Shown one piece after another: positions 48,129-58,151 of a DNA stretch of 64,000 bases (the stretch's first letter is position 1; every line of letters begins with the position of its first letter). The stretch is from a virus. Under the pieces are notes generated by a model, which made no database searches, had not been told where the DNA came from, and was given only the letters and a program-made list of their open reading frames with translations. Where the stretch lies: IMG/VR virus record IMGVR_UViG_3300042904_000107, positions 1 to 64,000 of that record; one strand, 5' to 3'. The position numbers and the translations under genes are program-made.

Positions 48129-50498
48129 TTAGGAAATTAGCTTGATGAACCTGGTCAATAACACCCGCTGTTTACGCTGCCTAAGTCCATGGTTGCTCAT
48201 TGCGGTGACCAGTTGCGCGTTTGTTACAAGTCCGTTAAGGACTGAGCCTGAGCCTGCCTGAGTGATACGGAGCTTATTTCCACTAGGAAGGATATAAAAT
48301 TCATCATACCCCGTTGTGGTAGAAACAACGAAATACTTGGTATCTAGTTCACTCTTCAACTTATCCTTCTGTGTTTGCAGCACAATATCCTTTGCAGGAA
48401 AGAAATTGCTGAAGGATTCCTCTGGATTTTTACCACTAATGAAGAATCCAACAACTTTCGCTTTCGTCTGTGCTCTCAGGATACGGAGAAACTGGTTAGT
48501 AGTTTCGATGTTATTCGAGGTCAACTCATAATCCTCTCGGTTTACATCATCCCGGAGGTAGATTTTCTCCGAATCGTAACGCATCATACTTGTACCACCG
48601 AATGCGGTCGAACAGTAATGATTGTTAGTAGTCGCCTCTCCGTCGGTAAGGAACGTAACATTCACGTTCTGAATGCGTTTTCGCATTTCATTTACCAAAG
48701 GGATCGCGCATACAATTGCCTCATTCAACGGTGTGCCTCCAAGCAGGTCTGTGCTGGGCAATTGATATCTCCCTGAGGCCCCCGATGCCATTAAAAGGAG
48801 GTTCACACATGCATCGTTGAATTCCTTGACGGTCATCGCACTAGACAGAATCTCACGCAAAGTAAATCCTGCGTAGAATGCATAGCTATCCTTCTCATGC
48901 TCAAAAGCCGTCATATTACCACTAAAACCCCGATATCTATCATCAGGTAATTGCGCTCCGAATGTAAATACTCGGAATGCAATCTGAGCCTTTCGTTGAA
49001 ACATAGCTAGATTGATTAGCTGGTGGATTGTTCCAACGAGGTGCTCGCTCATCGATCCACTCCAATCGATGAACGTGATATTTCCGTGATTCTTACCACC
49101 AGGAACAATAGCGTTCCGGCGCATGATGTCGTCCGTGTAACGGAACTCATGCAAACGCTTCAAATCCAGATCTCCGCTACGGGCATAGGTGGTGCGGGCG
49201 TACTGGTCGGCGGCCTTGTGCATTTCGAATTCTTTTAGCAGCCAATCCACAACTGGTTTGTTTTCGTGTTTGAATGTGTCAAACTCCACTGTATGTTGAG
49301 CCACAAGTGTCGTTTTGTTTTCCTTGTCGTACTTCTCGTAAAAGTCGCGGATCTCTTGATTAACTTGCTTATAACCGACGATGATTTCTGCCAATTTCGG
49401 CTTCGGTATCCCAAGATAGCGAATCGGTAGCGCGTCTTTGTCGCGGAGTTCTTCTTGTTGCTGAGTCCAGGTCTGATCGGTAGTAGACTCTATGGGGCTG
49501 TCGTCCGGTTCATCTTGAGTTCCATCACCATCTTCTGAATTTGTTCCAGTATCAGGCGCTTCATCTTCCCCATCCGGTTCATCTTCGCTTTCTTCGTCAC
49601 CGGCAGAGCCAGGCTCACCTTCAGAATCTTCAGCGTCCTCGGCTTCGTCACCGTCACCGGCGGCATCTTTCTCATCACCGGAGTCTTCAGCGTCTTCACC
49701 GTCTACTTCAGGAGTACTGTCTCCGTCATCGTCATCTGGCATACCTTCAGGCTCAACGTCGGGATCAACTTCCTCATTCTCTTCGTCAGTATCCTCGACT
49801 TTCGACGCCACCTTACGGGCACCCTTCTTGTCGTTCTCTCCCTGCTTCTCGTCCGGATCTTTGTCACCCTCTAGGTCGTCCTGCGCTTGCTGCTCCTGTT
49901 TTTTCTTCTCGGCGCGCTCTTTCTTGGCATAGGCGTAAAGGTCAACGCAAATATTGACCACCTCATTGAAGGTCATCACCTCATCGATTGCCTTGACGAA
50001 TTTCATTTCCTCATCAGAGAATTGAACTCCGGCGTCGTGACCGACTTTAAAATGGATATTCAATCTATCCACAATACCGAAGTCATTGATATTCTTGCCA
50101 TGGGTACCGAAGAAGTTTCGTGCCACGAGTTCTTTGTATCCGCGGACGAACGAAGCCCTGGAACCCGGATAACGTTTCTTTTGCAACTTCTCAATCCTGG
50201 CGTCCTCGACAACGTTAATAAACGTCTTCGCAGCGCCAGGATGTTTAGCGTCAATTTTATTGCAGGCGTCGATGAGCGGCTTGGAGCCTTTGGGAGTGTT
50301 TAAAGCGTGCCCTGTTTCGTGGATTACGAGGAGATCGTAAATGTCGCCCGACATATCTTTCCAGATCGGCAGCGTGAGAATGCGCCGATTCGGATCGAAG
50401 GTGGCGGTACGAGTACCGGCGTGAACGACCGTAATGTTCTCTGTTGCCAGCAACTTGGCTAACTGTTTCTTCGCTTGTACGTTTACGGTTTCGGGCAT
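48129..50498 (-). CDS. CobT-like metallopeptidase (HExxH) + acidic linker + vWA protein
   Basis: HETGH, NVVEDARIE, D/E-rich linker, DWSGSM, GGTPL, LTDGE. Confidence 0.88.
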   Translation of the reverse strand: MPETVNVQAKKQLAKLLATENITVVHAGTRTATFDPNRRILTLPIWKDMSGDIYDLLVIHETGHALNTPKGSKPLIDACNKIDAKHPGAAKTFINVVEDARIEKLQKKRYPGSRASFVRGYKELVARNFFGTHGKNINDFGIVDRLNIHFKVGHDAGVQFSDEEMKFVKAIDEVMTFNEVVNICVDLYAYAKKERAEKKKQEQQAQDDLEGDKDPDEKQGENDKKGARKVASKVEDTDEENEEVDPDVEPEGMPDDDDGDSTPEVDGEDAEDSGDEKDAAGDGDEAEDAEDSEGEPGSAGDEESEDEPDGEDEAPDTGTNSEDGDGTQDEPDDSPIESTTDQTWTQQQEELRDKDALPIRYLGIPKPKLAEIIVGYKQVNQEIRDFYEKYDKENKTTLVAQHTVEFDTFKHENKPVVDWLLKEFEMHKAADQYARTTYARSGDLDLKRLHEFRYTDDIMRRNAIVPGGKNHGNITFIDWSGSMSEHLVGTIHQLINLAMFQRKAQIAFRVFTFGAQLPDDRYRGFSGNMTAFEHEKDSYAFYAGFTLREILSSAMTVKEFNDACVNLLLMASGASGRYQLPSTDLLGGTPLNEAIVCAIPLVNEMRKRIQNVNVTFLTDGEATTNNHYCSTAFGGTSMMRYDSEKIYLRDDVNREDYELTSNNIETTNQFLRILRAQTKAKVVGFFISGKNPEESFSNFFPAKDIVLQTQKDKLKSELDTKYFVVSTTTGYDEFYILPSGNKLRITQAGSGSVLNGLVTNAQLVTAMSNHGLRQRKQRVLLTRFIKLIS

Positions 50499-50506
50499 GA
50501 AACTAC

Positions 50507-50535
50507 ATCATATCATGTTTAGGCCGAATTGTCAA
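50507..50535 (-). promoter_or_regulatory. sigma70-type promoter
   Basis: TTGACA-17-TATGAT with TG. Confidence 0.75.
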
Positions 50536-50561
50536 ATTTTTGGCCCTTTATATTGTGTGTA

Positions 50562-51578
50562 TCAGATCGCTCCGTGTGGGAGACTCTCTTGATATCCGTT
50601 GGTTGTTATCTGGACAAATTCAGAATTCTCTCGCAGTTCTCGGAGATTCATAGCTCCACAATAGGAGAATCCAGATTTGACACCTTCTACCAACTGTCGG
50701 ATGATTGGTTCGGCATGTCCCTTATATCGGACAAGGGTTTCTTCTCCCTCAACATAGCGGGCATGTCCAACTGCGTCGTATTTCTGACCGTATGAGGCAG
50801 ATCCTCTGTAGATCTTGTATAGGTTGCCATTGGACTTGATTACGTTACCTGGAGCTTCAGCCGTTCCTGCAAGAATACTTCCGAGCATTACAGCATCGGC
50901 ACCTGCGGCCAGAGCCTTCACTATATCACCAGAATTCTTGATACCACCATCGGCAATTAAAGTAACATCAGGAATAACTTTACGGATTTGGAAAATACTT
51001 TCAAGGGTAGGTAGGCCGCAACCTGTAACAATTCTCGTGGTGCATTGACTGCCGCTACCAACACCCACTTTGAATGCTAGATTGTCGTCTCCACCACCTA
51101 AAATGTGTAGTAGTCTCCAAATACCTTCAGCCGTAGCATAGTTCCCAATAATTAGAGGAACAAGACCGAATGTTTTACGAATCTCAACCACAGTATCAAT
51201 GACCGTTGGTGAATCGGCATGCGCCACATCAATACAGTAACCAGCTATACAGAACTTAATCTCCTGCAATTCTCGAATACGGTCAATGCCTAATTTTGAG
51301 CCTTCAATCGATACCCAGACGGACTCAAATGGGTGTTTGGAGATAATCTCTTTCTGCTCCTCAACATCCATCATACGGTGAAGGATACCAAACCCTCCCA
51401 CCGCACGCATGGACTCCAACATCCTGCTTTCTGTCACTGTTGACATATTGGCAGAAATGAATGGAAGCTTATATTCTTTACCTGAAATTGTGGTAGAGAG
51501 ATCCACTTCGTCTCTGCTACCACCATAGGTCTGCTGCGGAATCAAAAGAACATCATCGAATGATAATGCCAAATTCAT
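50562..51578 (-). CDS. IMP dehydrogenase / GMP reductase family
   Basis: SFDDVLL.P, KVGVGSGS.CTTR, IADGGI, AVMLGS.LAG. Confidence 0.9.
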   Translation of the reverse strand: MNLALSFDDVLLIPQQTYGGSRDEVDLSTTISGKEYKLPFISANMSTVTESRMLESMRAVGGFGILHRMMDVEEQKEIISKHPFESVWVSIEGSKLGIDRIRELQEIKFCIAGYCIDVAHADSPTVIDTVVEIRKTFGLVPLIIGNYATAEGIWRLLHILGGGDDNLAFKVGVGSGSQCTTRIVTGCGLPTLESIFQIRKVIPDVTLIADGGIKNSGDIVKALAAGADAVMLGSILAGTAEAPGNVIKSNGNLYKIYRGSASYGQKYDAVGHARYVEGEETLVRYKGHAEPIIRQLVEGVKSGFSYCGAMNLRELRENSEFVQITTNGYQESLPHGAI

Positions 51579-52130
51579 TAATAAATTGCCTTTTCTAGAT
51601 CTTGGAGTGCCTGTTCTACGGCTTCAGTATGTTCCTTTGGCAACTCGTCGTCTTCATCGAGCCCCATGGTTTCTTCACCGGTGTATTGTAATGTGTTCAG
51701 GCAATCACCAATACTGTAGATCAAATCGTAAAGTTGGTTGCGTGTCATTAGTTTATGGAAACATCTCCTTCAATTTCCAAGTAACCATTGGTCTCAGTAT
51801 TTACAATCTCAACCACAGGTACAACAGAACTATCGTAGCCATACCCTGTTGTTAGTGTGGTGAATTCAATTTCCAAGTTTAGCTCTTTTGCAATCTCTCT
51901 GGATCTGCGGAGCCATTCATCATACCGCTCTTGAGTACTCATCAAAATTACCTCAAATTGTCTACTTTGTTGGAAGCAACTATAATGCATGACAAATCCC
52001 ACCCACTCATCCCATGAGTTTTTGTGGTATTTCATGACCAACTCTTCGTCTTCCTCTGTAATGTCACGCTCACACCAGGAGCAATAATCATCACAGAGGT
52101 GCTTGACGATGAGTTGTGTTACGTGGACGC

Positions 52131-53840
52131 TCATTTCTTTTTGGTCTTCTTTGTTGCTGGCTTCTTAAAGACGAAGATAAGTTCAGTCTTGTGCCACTTC
52201 CCGTTCACTTTGCAGAAGTTCTTACAAGTTGGTTTACCATCTTCACCAACGCGATTAGCACCAGGCATATTTGCTAGAACCATCTTTTCAACACCAACAT
52301 ACTCAGCACCTAGAGACTCTAGAATAGCCCTGCTATCCTGTTCTAGTGGGTAGTACTGGTCACCGACCTTAATGTCTGCAATGTTCCACAGTAGATAGCG
52401 GTCAGGTTTCAGATTATTATACGCATTTTCCAGAGTTGGTCTAAGGAATCCATCACGCCACTGGTCATAGAAAGGAAACTTCTTAAGGGACTGGGTATCA
52501 TCTTCGGAATATCCCTCACGATTAAAATACGGAGGACTAGTGAATACGAGGTCCAGTTTGTTTTTGTATTGCTGGAAATCAGGGTGCTCACCAATGACCT
52601 CGGAACCTTGAGTGAAAACGTGATAGGTATGAGGATCATAGCCAAACCGCTTAAGTGACTTATTAACAAAGTCAGCCAGATACTCATAGCGAGTACGGCC
52701 CAATTCCTCAATAAAATTATCTGTATTTGGATCCGTCCCGATGTAATGGACATGCCTGTCATCCATGACTGTCATTGCACCGGCAATTCGTCCACCCCAT
52801 CCGGATGACGGGTCATAAATGTTGATTACGTCTTGGCTCTTGCAATGATCCGTGTATTTTTCGTACAGGTACTTAGCAATCATTGGTGGGAAGTTCACCG
52901 CTACTTGAATGTAACCGATCTTGAACGCGGTGAAGCCAATCGGGAAAATACGAGTGTCTTTCTTGAAAAGACGAATATGGTACTGTTCACTGTCGTTTAG
53001 GTCTTTGTTCAGAGCACCTTGCCACTCAACGTCAGTTCTTTCAGGATCAACACCAACCAGATTGGCAGTGTTTTCGGGAGTGATGATTCCTTGCTTTGCG
53101 AGATCGAGTATCTCCGCTTTGCTGAGCCACATGAACTTCGATGCGTCAACCGAAGTATATCCCGTTCCTACTTCACCATCTTCAGGTGGTTCAACGCGAC
53201 TGAGCCAGAAACCGTAATCCTTAAAGATCGTGGTGCGGTACGTATTGAATGCGTCTACCCACTGTCTACCAGTCTCGGCGCTTTCAACCACCGCTAGTTT
53301 ACTGCGTTCGGGTAATGACCAAGAGTAACGATAGAACGAATCGCGTTTAAAGTGGCGTCTACAACCTTTGACCATTCGGTTGCGGAACCGTTCGTTAGCA
53401 AATAGATCATAAACAGCATATCCATTAAATGTCCCCTCGTCGTCTACTTTCGTCTGGTAATTTATCTTCGCCTTCATCATGGTCGGGAAGAATTGATTAA
53501 CACATGCTCCCAGATAACCATTATTGATGATAACGTTCGCCTTGCCATCCATCTCATCGACGTACGGTTTGGTACCGCCAGATTTTGCTTTGTAGAGTGA
53601 GATTGTCTTTCCTGGAGTACCACTCATTTCACGGAACTCCTCATTCATCTCGCGTTCATCCATACCAGCGAGGGGAGGAATCCCGTGTATGTCCCAAACT
53701 TCTAATACACGGGATCGCATATGGTCGACCCACTTCTCAAACTCCGCATCGGTCATTACCAATAATTCGGAAAATTTTGCGTTTACGGAAGGGTCATCAA
53801 TGATTTGGTCGTTGCGCGACCAGTAGAATTTTTCTGACAT
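52131..53840 (-). CDS. SAM-dependent DNA amino-methyltransferase
   Basis: YDPSSGWGGR SAM motif, FTSPPYF catalytic motif. Confidence 0.85.
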   Translation of the reverse strand: MSEKFYWSRNDQIIDDPSVNAKFSELLVMTDAEFEKWVDHMRSRVLEVWDIHGIPPLAGMDEREMNEEFREMSGTPGKTISLYKAKSGGTKPYVDEMDGKANVIINNGYLGACVNQFFPTMMKAKINYQTKVDDEGTFNGYAVYDLFANERFRNRMVKGCRRHFKRDSFYRYSWSLPERSKLAVVESAETGRQWVDAFNTYRTTIFKDYGFWLSRVEPPEDGEVGTGYTSVDASKFMWLSKAEILDLAKQGIITPENTANLVGVDPERTDVEWQGALNKDLNDSEQYHIRLFKKDTRIFPIGFTAFKIGYIQVAVNFPPMIAKYLYEKYTDHCKSQDVINIYDPSSGWGGRIAGAMTVMDDRHVHYIGTDPNTDNFIEELGRTRYEYLADFVNKSLKRFGYDPHTYHVFTQGSEVIGEHPDFQQYKNKLDLVFTSPPYFNREGYSEDDTQSLKKFPFYDQWRDGFLRPTLENAYNNLKPDRYLLWNIADIKVGDQYYPLEQDSRAILESLGAEYVGVEKMVLANMPGANRVGEDGKPTCKNFCKVNGKWHKTELIFVFKKPATKKTKKK

Positions 53841-53844
53841 GCTG

Positions 53845-54384
53845 CTAATATGTAGGAAATTTTAATTGCTTGTCTTCGAAGAGAATTTCTTCTAGGATCT
53901 TTCTAGTATCTCTGAAGTTGGTAAACAAGATCGAATAGCCACCAGCTTCATTCCACTGAAGGCAATTCTGAGCATTATCATCAATGAGAATGTTACTTTG
54001 TCCATTGGTGACCGCCCAATGCTTCTTGTGCGACTTGCGCGTAACCACGGTAACTTCGTCTTTATCGATATAAAGATTCCGTTCACACCATTCGTACTTC
54101 TGTGGTAAACTCTCAACGACCTTGTCGCTCATCGCCGTGAGGACTTCCACCTTCTGACCCTTCATCATATGGTCATAGCGAAGATAGTTCCATAACCACT
54201 GACCATCCTGAAGCCAAGGTAACGTCGCATAGAACCTAGGCGTCCTTTTGGTCAAATCCATTTTCTGCTTTTGTGTGAGTTCCTTATACCCACCTTGGAA
54301 ATCCCAATGTTTTTTGGCTAGGCGATATACTTCACCTTCCCAGTCAACTAGGACACCATCCATATCAACGTAAATTATACTCAT
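53845..54384 (-). CDS. HAD 5'(3')-deoxyribonucleotidase-like
   Basis: IYVDMDGVLVD, LIDD..N...W...GG. Confidence 0.85.
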   Translation of the reverse strand: MSIIYVDMDGVLVDWEGEVYRLAKKHWDFQGGYKELTQKQKMDLTKRTPRFYATLPWLQDGQWLWNYLRYDHMMKGQKVEVLTAMSDKVVESLPQKYEWCERNLYIDKDEVTVVTRKSHKKHWAVTNGQSNILIDDNAQNCLQWNEAGGYSILFTNFRDTRKILEEILFEDKQLKFPTY

Positions 54385-54393
54385 CCAGTGGGC

Positions 54394-54579
54394 TTAAGAG
54401 CCCACGTTCCAGAAAAGGAATTTCTTTTTGGGAGTTTCCGGCCGAATTAATCTAGGAAGCGTCAATGCATCTACTTCCCATCCTTCCCATTTGACAACGA
54501 CAAACGGAAGATCAATCGAAATAATTGATCCTCTTGCATAGTCTGTCATCACACGTTGGCCAATTTTAAGCTCCAACAT
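54394..54579 (-). CDS. small protein ending in a copy of the upstream gene's C-terminus
   Basis: PKKKFLFWNVGS vs PKKKVLFWNVGA. Confidence 0.5.
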   Translation of the reverse strand: MLELKIGQRVMTDYARGSIISIDLPFVVVKWEGWEVDALTLPRLIRPETPKKKFLFWNVGS

Positions 54580-55369
54580 TCCAAAATAGGACTTTCTTTT
54601 TGGGTTTTGCTCCGATTAGGACGTGTTCCCAGGCTTTTGCGTCGTAATTGGGAGACGAAGGGAAAGGCGGGCGCTTATCTTTCTTGCATTCTTCCGCAAA
54701 CTTCTGCGAATGGCGAATAATTGTGGCTCTACCTTGCTCTGCGGGTGAGAGAACGTGCCCTATACTTACAGCATAACACTTTGCGTCAGGAAAAGCAAGT
54801 TGCAAACCACGGTTAAGGACACCCGATCCCGCAACTGACCAAATTTCGTCAGGTTCGAAATCTAGAGTCCGCGCAACCTTTACAACAGATCCAATAACTG
54901 CCGGATCTCCGCTGAACTCCACGAGTCTTCTGTGTTGAGGGTCTTCGGCGACATATTTTCTGGCTCTTCCTTGCGTTACAGTCAACATTCCCATATTGAC
55001 TTCGTGTATGTCAACACCTAATTGTTTAGCCTTCTCAGAGCTAGGATGCAGTTCCTTACCCTTGGCAATGAAGACTGTGGCCTTCTTACCATACTTCTTA
55101 CAGACGGCACCAAGGCCTATCTGACCGTAGCCCCATCGAGAACCACCGCCATAAACCCACTCCTGTACGGGTTCTTTCTGCACCATGTAATCGTAGATGC
55201 GCTCTTTGGTTCCTCCAGTTAGGAGGTCATCGCGCACAACATAGATGCCTTCGTGCTTCTCCACAACAGGTGGTGGGTTTGGGTCGGTCCAGTCTTTTAC
55301 CTTACTCAGATACCACTCAGGAGATCCTGGCTCGCCTTCGTCTACTTCAAAGAAATCTTTCCAACTCAT
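54566..55369 (-). CDS. fold-type II PLP-dependent enzyme (ACC deaminase/cysteine desulfhydrase-like)
   Basis: VVRDDLL.GGTK.R, W.VAGSG, YDAKAW, FWNVG. Confidence 0.75.
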   Translation of the reverse strand: MSWKDFFEVDEGEPGSPEWYLSKVKDWTDPNPPPVVEKHEGIYVVRDDLLTGGTKERIYDYMVQKEPVQEWVYGGGSRWGYGQIGLGAVCKKYGKKATVFIAKGKELHPSSEKAKQLGVDIHEVNMGMLTVTQGRARKYVAEDPQHRRLVEFSGDPAVIGSVVKVARTLDFEPDEIWSVAGSGVLNRGLQLAFPDAKCYAVSIGHVLSPAEQGRATIIRHSQKFAEECKKDKRPPFPSSPNYDAKAWEHVLIGAKPKKKVLFWNVGA

Positions 55370-55595
55370 CGGATATCCCTTACAATCTGAGCAATCGTTT
55401 CTTCAGGAGCTTCCAAATCACCTTCTTCTAGGAAGAAAGTGTAGAAGCGTCCTTCATGATTGATCTGGAGCGCTAATTGCTCAGACCATCCTTCATCGTC
55501 ACTACCATATCGGCAGAACGTAATCGCATGATGGCATTTGGGCGCTGGAGGCATTTCCTCTTCTAACCGCTTCAGGAAATTGAGGAGTTGTTCTC

Positions 55596-56072
55596 TCATT
55601 TCATGAACCTCTCTACCGTGTCGGCACAATCATAGACGAAGATCGTCCCTGGGATTGTTCCGTTTGACCAAACAATCTTACCTGCATCCTGAAACCCAAC
55701 TGCTTTATGCCACTTGATGGACTGCTCGTTGCTGTCATGTACGCAACCGAACACGCGACCAGGTTTCACATATTCCTCAACAAACTGTCGGAAGAACAGG
55801 AACGGTCCAAGCGTATTCTTCTTATTGGTGCTTAGAATCTGGTGAATATTCCACTCACCGCGCGAGTACTGATACTCACCGACACGACCACCGCGCTTCA
55901 TCTGTTGAATTACCGCAATGGTATCGTTGCCCATGAATACTTGTCCCGCTTCGATACTGCGTACCAAGTAATCTTTACGGACATACAAGAACTTTCCTTC
56001 TTTCTTGTACAACTTAAAGCCGTCCTGAATCGCTTTCAGGTCGTCCTGCGTTGCTACGTGTAACTTAGACAA
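55596..56072 (-). CDS. GNAT-like acyltransferase
   Basis: IHQI, V..SN..SI.WH..VGF C-terminal GNAT motif. Confidence 0.6.
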   Translation of the reverse strand: MSKLHVATQDDLKAIQDGFKLYKKEGKFLYVRKDYLVRSIEAGQVFMGNDTIAVIQQMKRGGRVGEYQYSRGEWNIHQILSTNKKNTLGPFLFFRQFVEEYVKPGRVFGCVHDSNEQSIKWHKAVGFQDAGKIVWSNGTIPGTIFVYDCADTVERFMK

Positions 56073-57087
56073 ATTTCACCTCGTGATATAGTTTAGGACA
56101 TAGCTTCTCAAATTCTACATCATCAAGGAAACTATCGGGCGTCAATCCTGTCAAGAACGTAACAAACGATCCGTTCTTTTCCGTTTTCTGGTAATTGAAA
56201 TGGAGTGTCCGTGTAAACTTGAAAAGTTCCTGTAAAATTGCGTATTCAACCCGGCGGCTAAAGGCTCTGCAACTCAAGCAGAAATGGTGCAAAGACATGT
56301 AGTTGTGGAGAGTGGTATTGAACATGTGTTCTCCAGTAATTACCGCAATGACACCCAAAGGACCGAAGCGATCCTCGTAACTAACCACATAACCAAAGTT
56401 ATGACCGATCGAAAGCAGATATTCCAGTCGGTTCTTCTCTGTAATCCATCCATTCAGATTGAACTGGTTGGTTTTCTTGATTAGTTCCACTGCTCTATCA
56501 ATGTTGTTTTCATTGATAGCTGAGAAGGTAAGCTTGGCATTCAAGCTCTGGTAGAATTCCTCAGGATCTTTTGTGCTCAACTCGGAATTGAACCGCACAT
56601 TCGAGCGAATGCTTTGCATCCGAAGCTTGTCTTCCTGGGTCGCTTCGCGCTTCGGGAAGAAATAGCGGACGGACTTCACAAAATTCGGGAAATCTTCCTC
56701 ATTTTTAGGGAATTTGAGAACTTTGATACCTGGATGCGAATCGAAGACTTCTGCCAATTCAAAATCGGAGTCATCGATAAACAGCACGTCATCCGCAGAA
56801 ATATTCCATGTTTTCAGAATGCGTGCCACAGATTCCGACTTTGGACCCCAATTTGCCTCGACTGGAAAGAAATGATCTAGTCCTATCTTAGGTTTTAGGA
56901 TTTCAAACGGAACCTTAACGTCTTCATTCTTACTGGCAATAGCAAGAAGAATTCCTTCAGTTTCCAATTTTAGTAGGAGTGTCTGATACTGTGCGTACAT
57001 TCCTTGAACTGTTAAGTCCTCTTCCTCGGATTCTAACCAGATTCCACCCCAAAGTGTTTTGTCTAAATCGGTAATAATACCTTTCAT
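56065..57087 (-). CDS. FkbH-like protein (HAD IIIC + GNAT; glyceryl-ACP transferase)
   Basis: DLDKTLWGG, LAIASKN, NW.PKS, FIDDS.FE, KTNQFNL, DRFG.LG, LSCRAF.R. Confidence 0.9.
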   Translation of the reverse strand: MKGIITDLDKTLWGGIWLESEEEDLTVQGMYAQYQTLLLKLETEGILLAIASKNEDVKVPFEILKPKIGLDHFFPVEANWGPKSESVARILKTWNISADDVLFIDDSDFELAEVFDSHPGIKVLKFPKNEEDFPNFVKSVRYFFPKREATQEDKLRMQSIRSNVRFNSELSTKDPEEFYQSLNAKLTFSAINENNIDRAVELIKKTNQFNLNGWITEKNRLEYLLSIGHNFGYVVSYEDRFGPLGVIAVITGEHMFNTTLHNYMSLHHFCLSCRAFSRRVEYAILQELFKFTRTLHFNYQKTEKNGSFVTFLTGLTPDSFLDDVEFEKLCPKLYHEVKFV

Positions 57088-57317
57088 GCTGCCTCCACTG
57101 CTTCAAGGAAGGCATCGAAGGATGTTAGCTCGGCGATCTTCTCTAGATTGAGTACATTACCGAATTCATTCTCAATGGCTACTACCAATTCAACAACGCG
57201 CACAGAATCCCAGTCTCCAAGCGTGTCTTCACTCGCAGAAAGTACCGTTTTGTCTGTCAGATTGGGGAATACCTGTTTGAAGCAGGTAATAAGACGTGAT
57301 TTTGTCGATTTCTTCAT
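57084..57317 (-). CDS. acyl carrier protein
   Basis: WDSV..V.LV.AIE.EF phosphopantetheine Ser motif; coupled to FkbH. Confidence 0.85.
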   Translation of the reverse strand: MKKSTKSRLITCFKQVFPNLTDKTVLSASEDTLGDWDSVRVVELVVAIENEFGNVLNLEKIAELTSFDAFLEAVEAA

Positions 57318-57551
57318 ATTCCAAACATATTCCCGCGCTTAAGTTATTATTTTAGCACAACTTAGCGCGGGAAAGCAACTGTCAATACTACTTAGGCCTC
57401 GTTATATTCCCAGGTTCCGTCGGCGCGAAGAGTCAAAAGACCATTGAAAAGTTCCAAGTCAAGCCGCAATTGTTCATCCGATTGGGTCAATCTGAAATCC
57501 CAACCCTCGGAGACCATAACATTCACAATATTATTAAGTTCTTCCGGCATT

Positions 57552-57809
57552 TTAGAAAATTCCTCGTCCTTTCAACGCGATTGAAGCATTTGCAATGTGC
57601 AAAGCGCTCCGAACTCTAAGAATAGCCTCGTTCCTGTCAGCACTTGGTGGGCAGGTAACCAAAATTACTTGCGCGAAGTACTTGGCAGCTTCACGAAGCG
57701 ACTGGTAATTCGCAATTTCTTCAGGTGTTGGAGCATGGTATCTAAAAACATGATCTAGATCCATCTCTTGTTGTACGGTCAGGTCGTTAATCATAACTAA
57801 CGGATTCAA
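57552..57809 (-). CDS. Acb2/Tad1-hairpin-like small helical protein (candidate nucleotide sponge)
   Basis: F.YHAP....Y..LR..AK.FA..I...CP.S.DR..A........ANASIA. Confidence 0.55.
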   Translation of the reverse strand: MNPLVMINDLTVQQEMDLDHVFRYHAPTPEEIANYQSLREAAKYFAQVILVTCPPSADRNEAILRVRSALHIANASIALKGRGIF

Positions 57810-58151
57810 TATCCTCTTCGGTGAATTTCTTTCGATCTCGGGTAAAATTTTGAAAAGTTTCTAAAAGGATCTTCTTACCGTCTTTTCTACGCAAATAAAA
57901 CGGTTGAAAATTCTCGGTAAATCCTCGCTCAACAAATCCTAAATCGGAAAGAGCGCATTTTGGATCAGTCTTTCGATATTCACTCAGTACTTGGTAAGCA
58001 GAATCCATTGCTCTCCAAACGGCTCGCAAATCATTGAGATCAATTTCAACAGTCCCGGATAATTTCCGAGTCTCTAACTTTGGCTCAACAAGTTTGGCAA
58101 CATACTCCAAACTTTCAATTGACTGAATTGTTCTATTCCACGTATATGGCA

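Noticed and set aside
46322-50498. Cobalamin chelatase CobS/CobT as auxiliary metabolic genes
   Set aside because: The MoxR-type ATPase + vWA/peptidase pair is common in T4-like phages; no other cobalamin genes are present.
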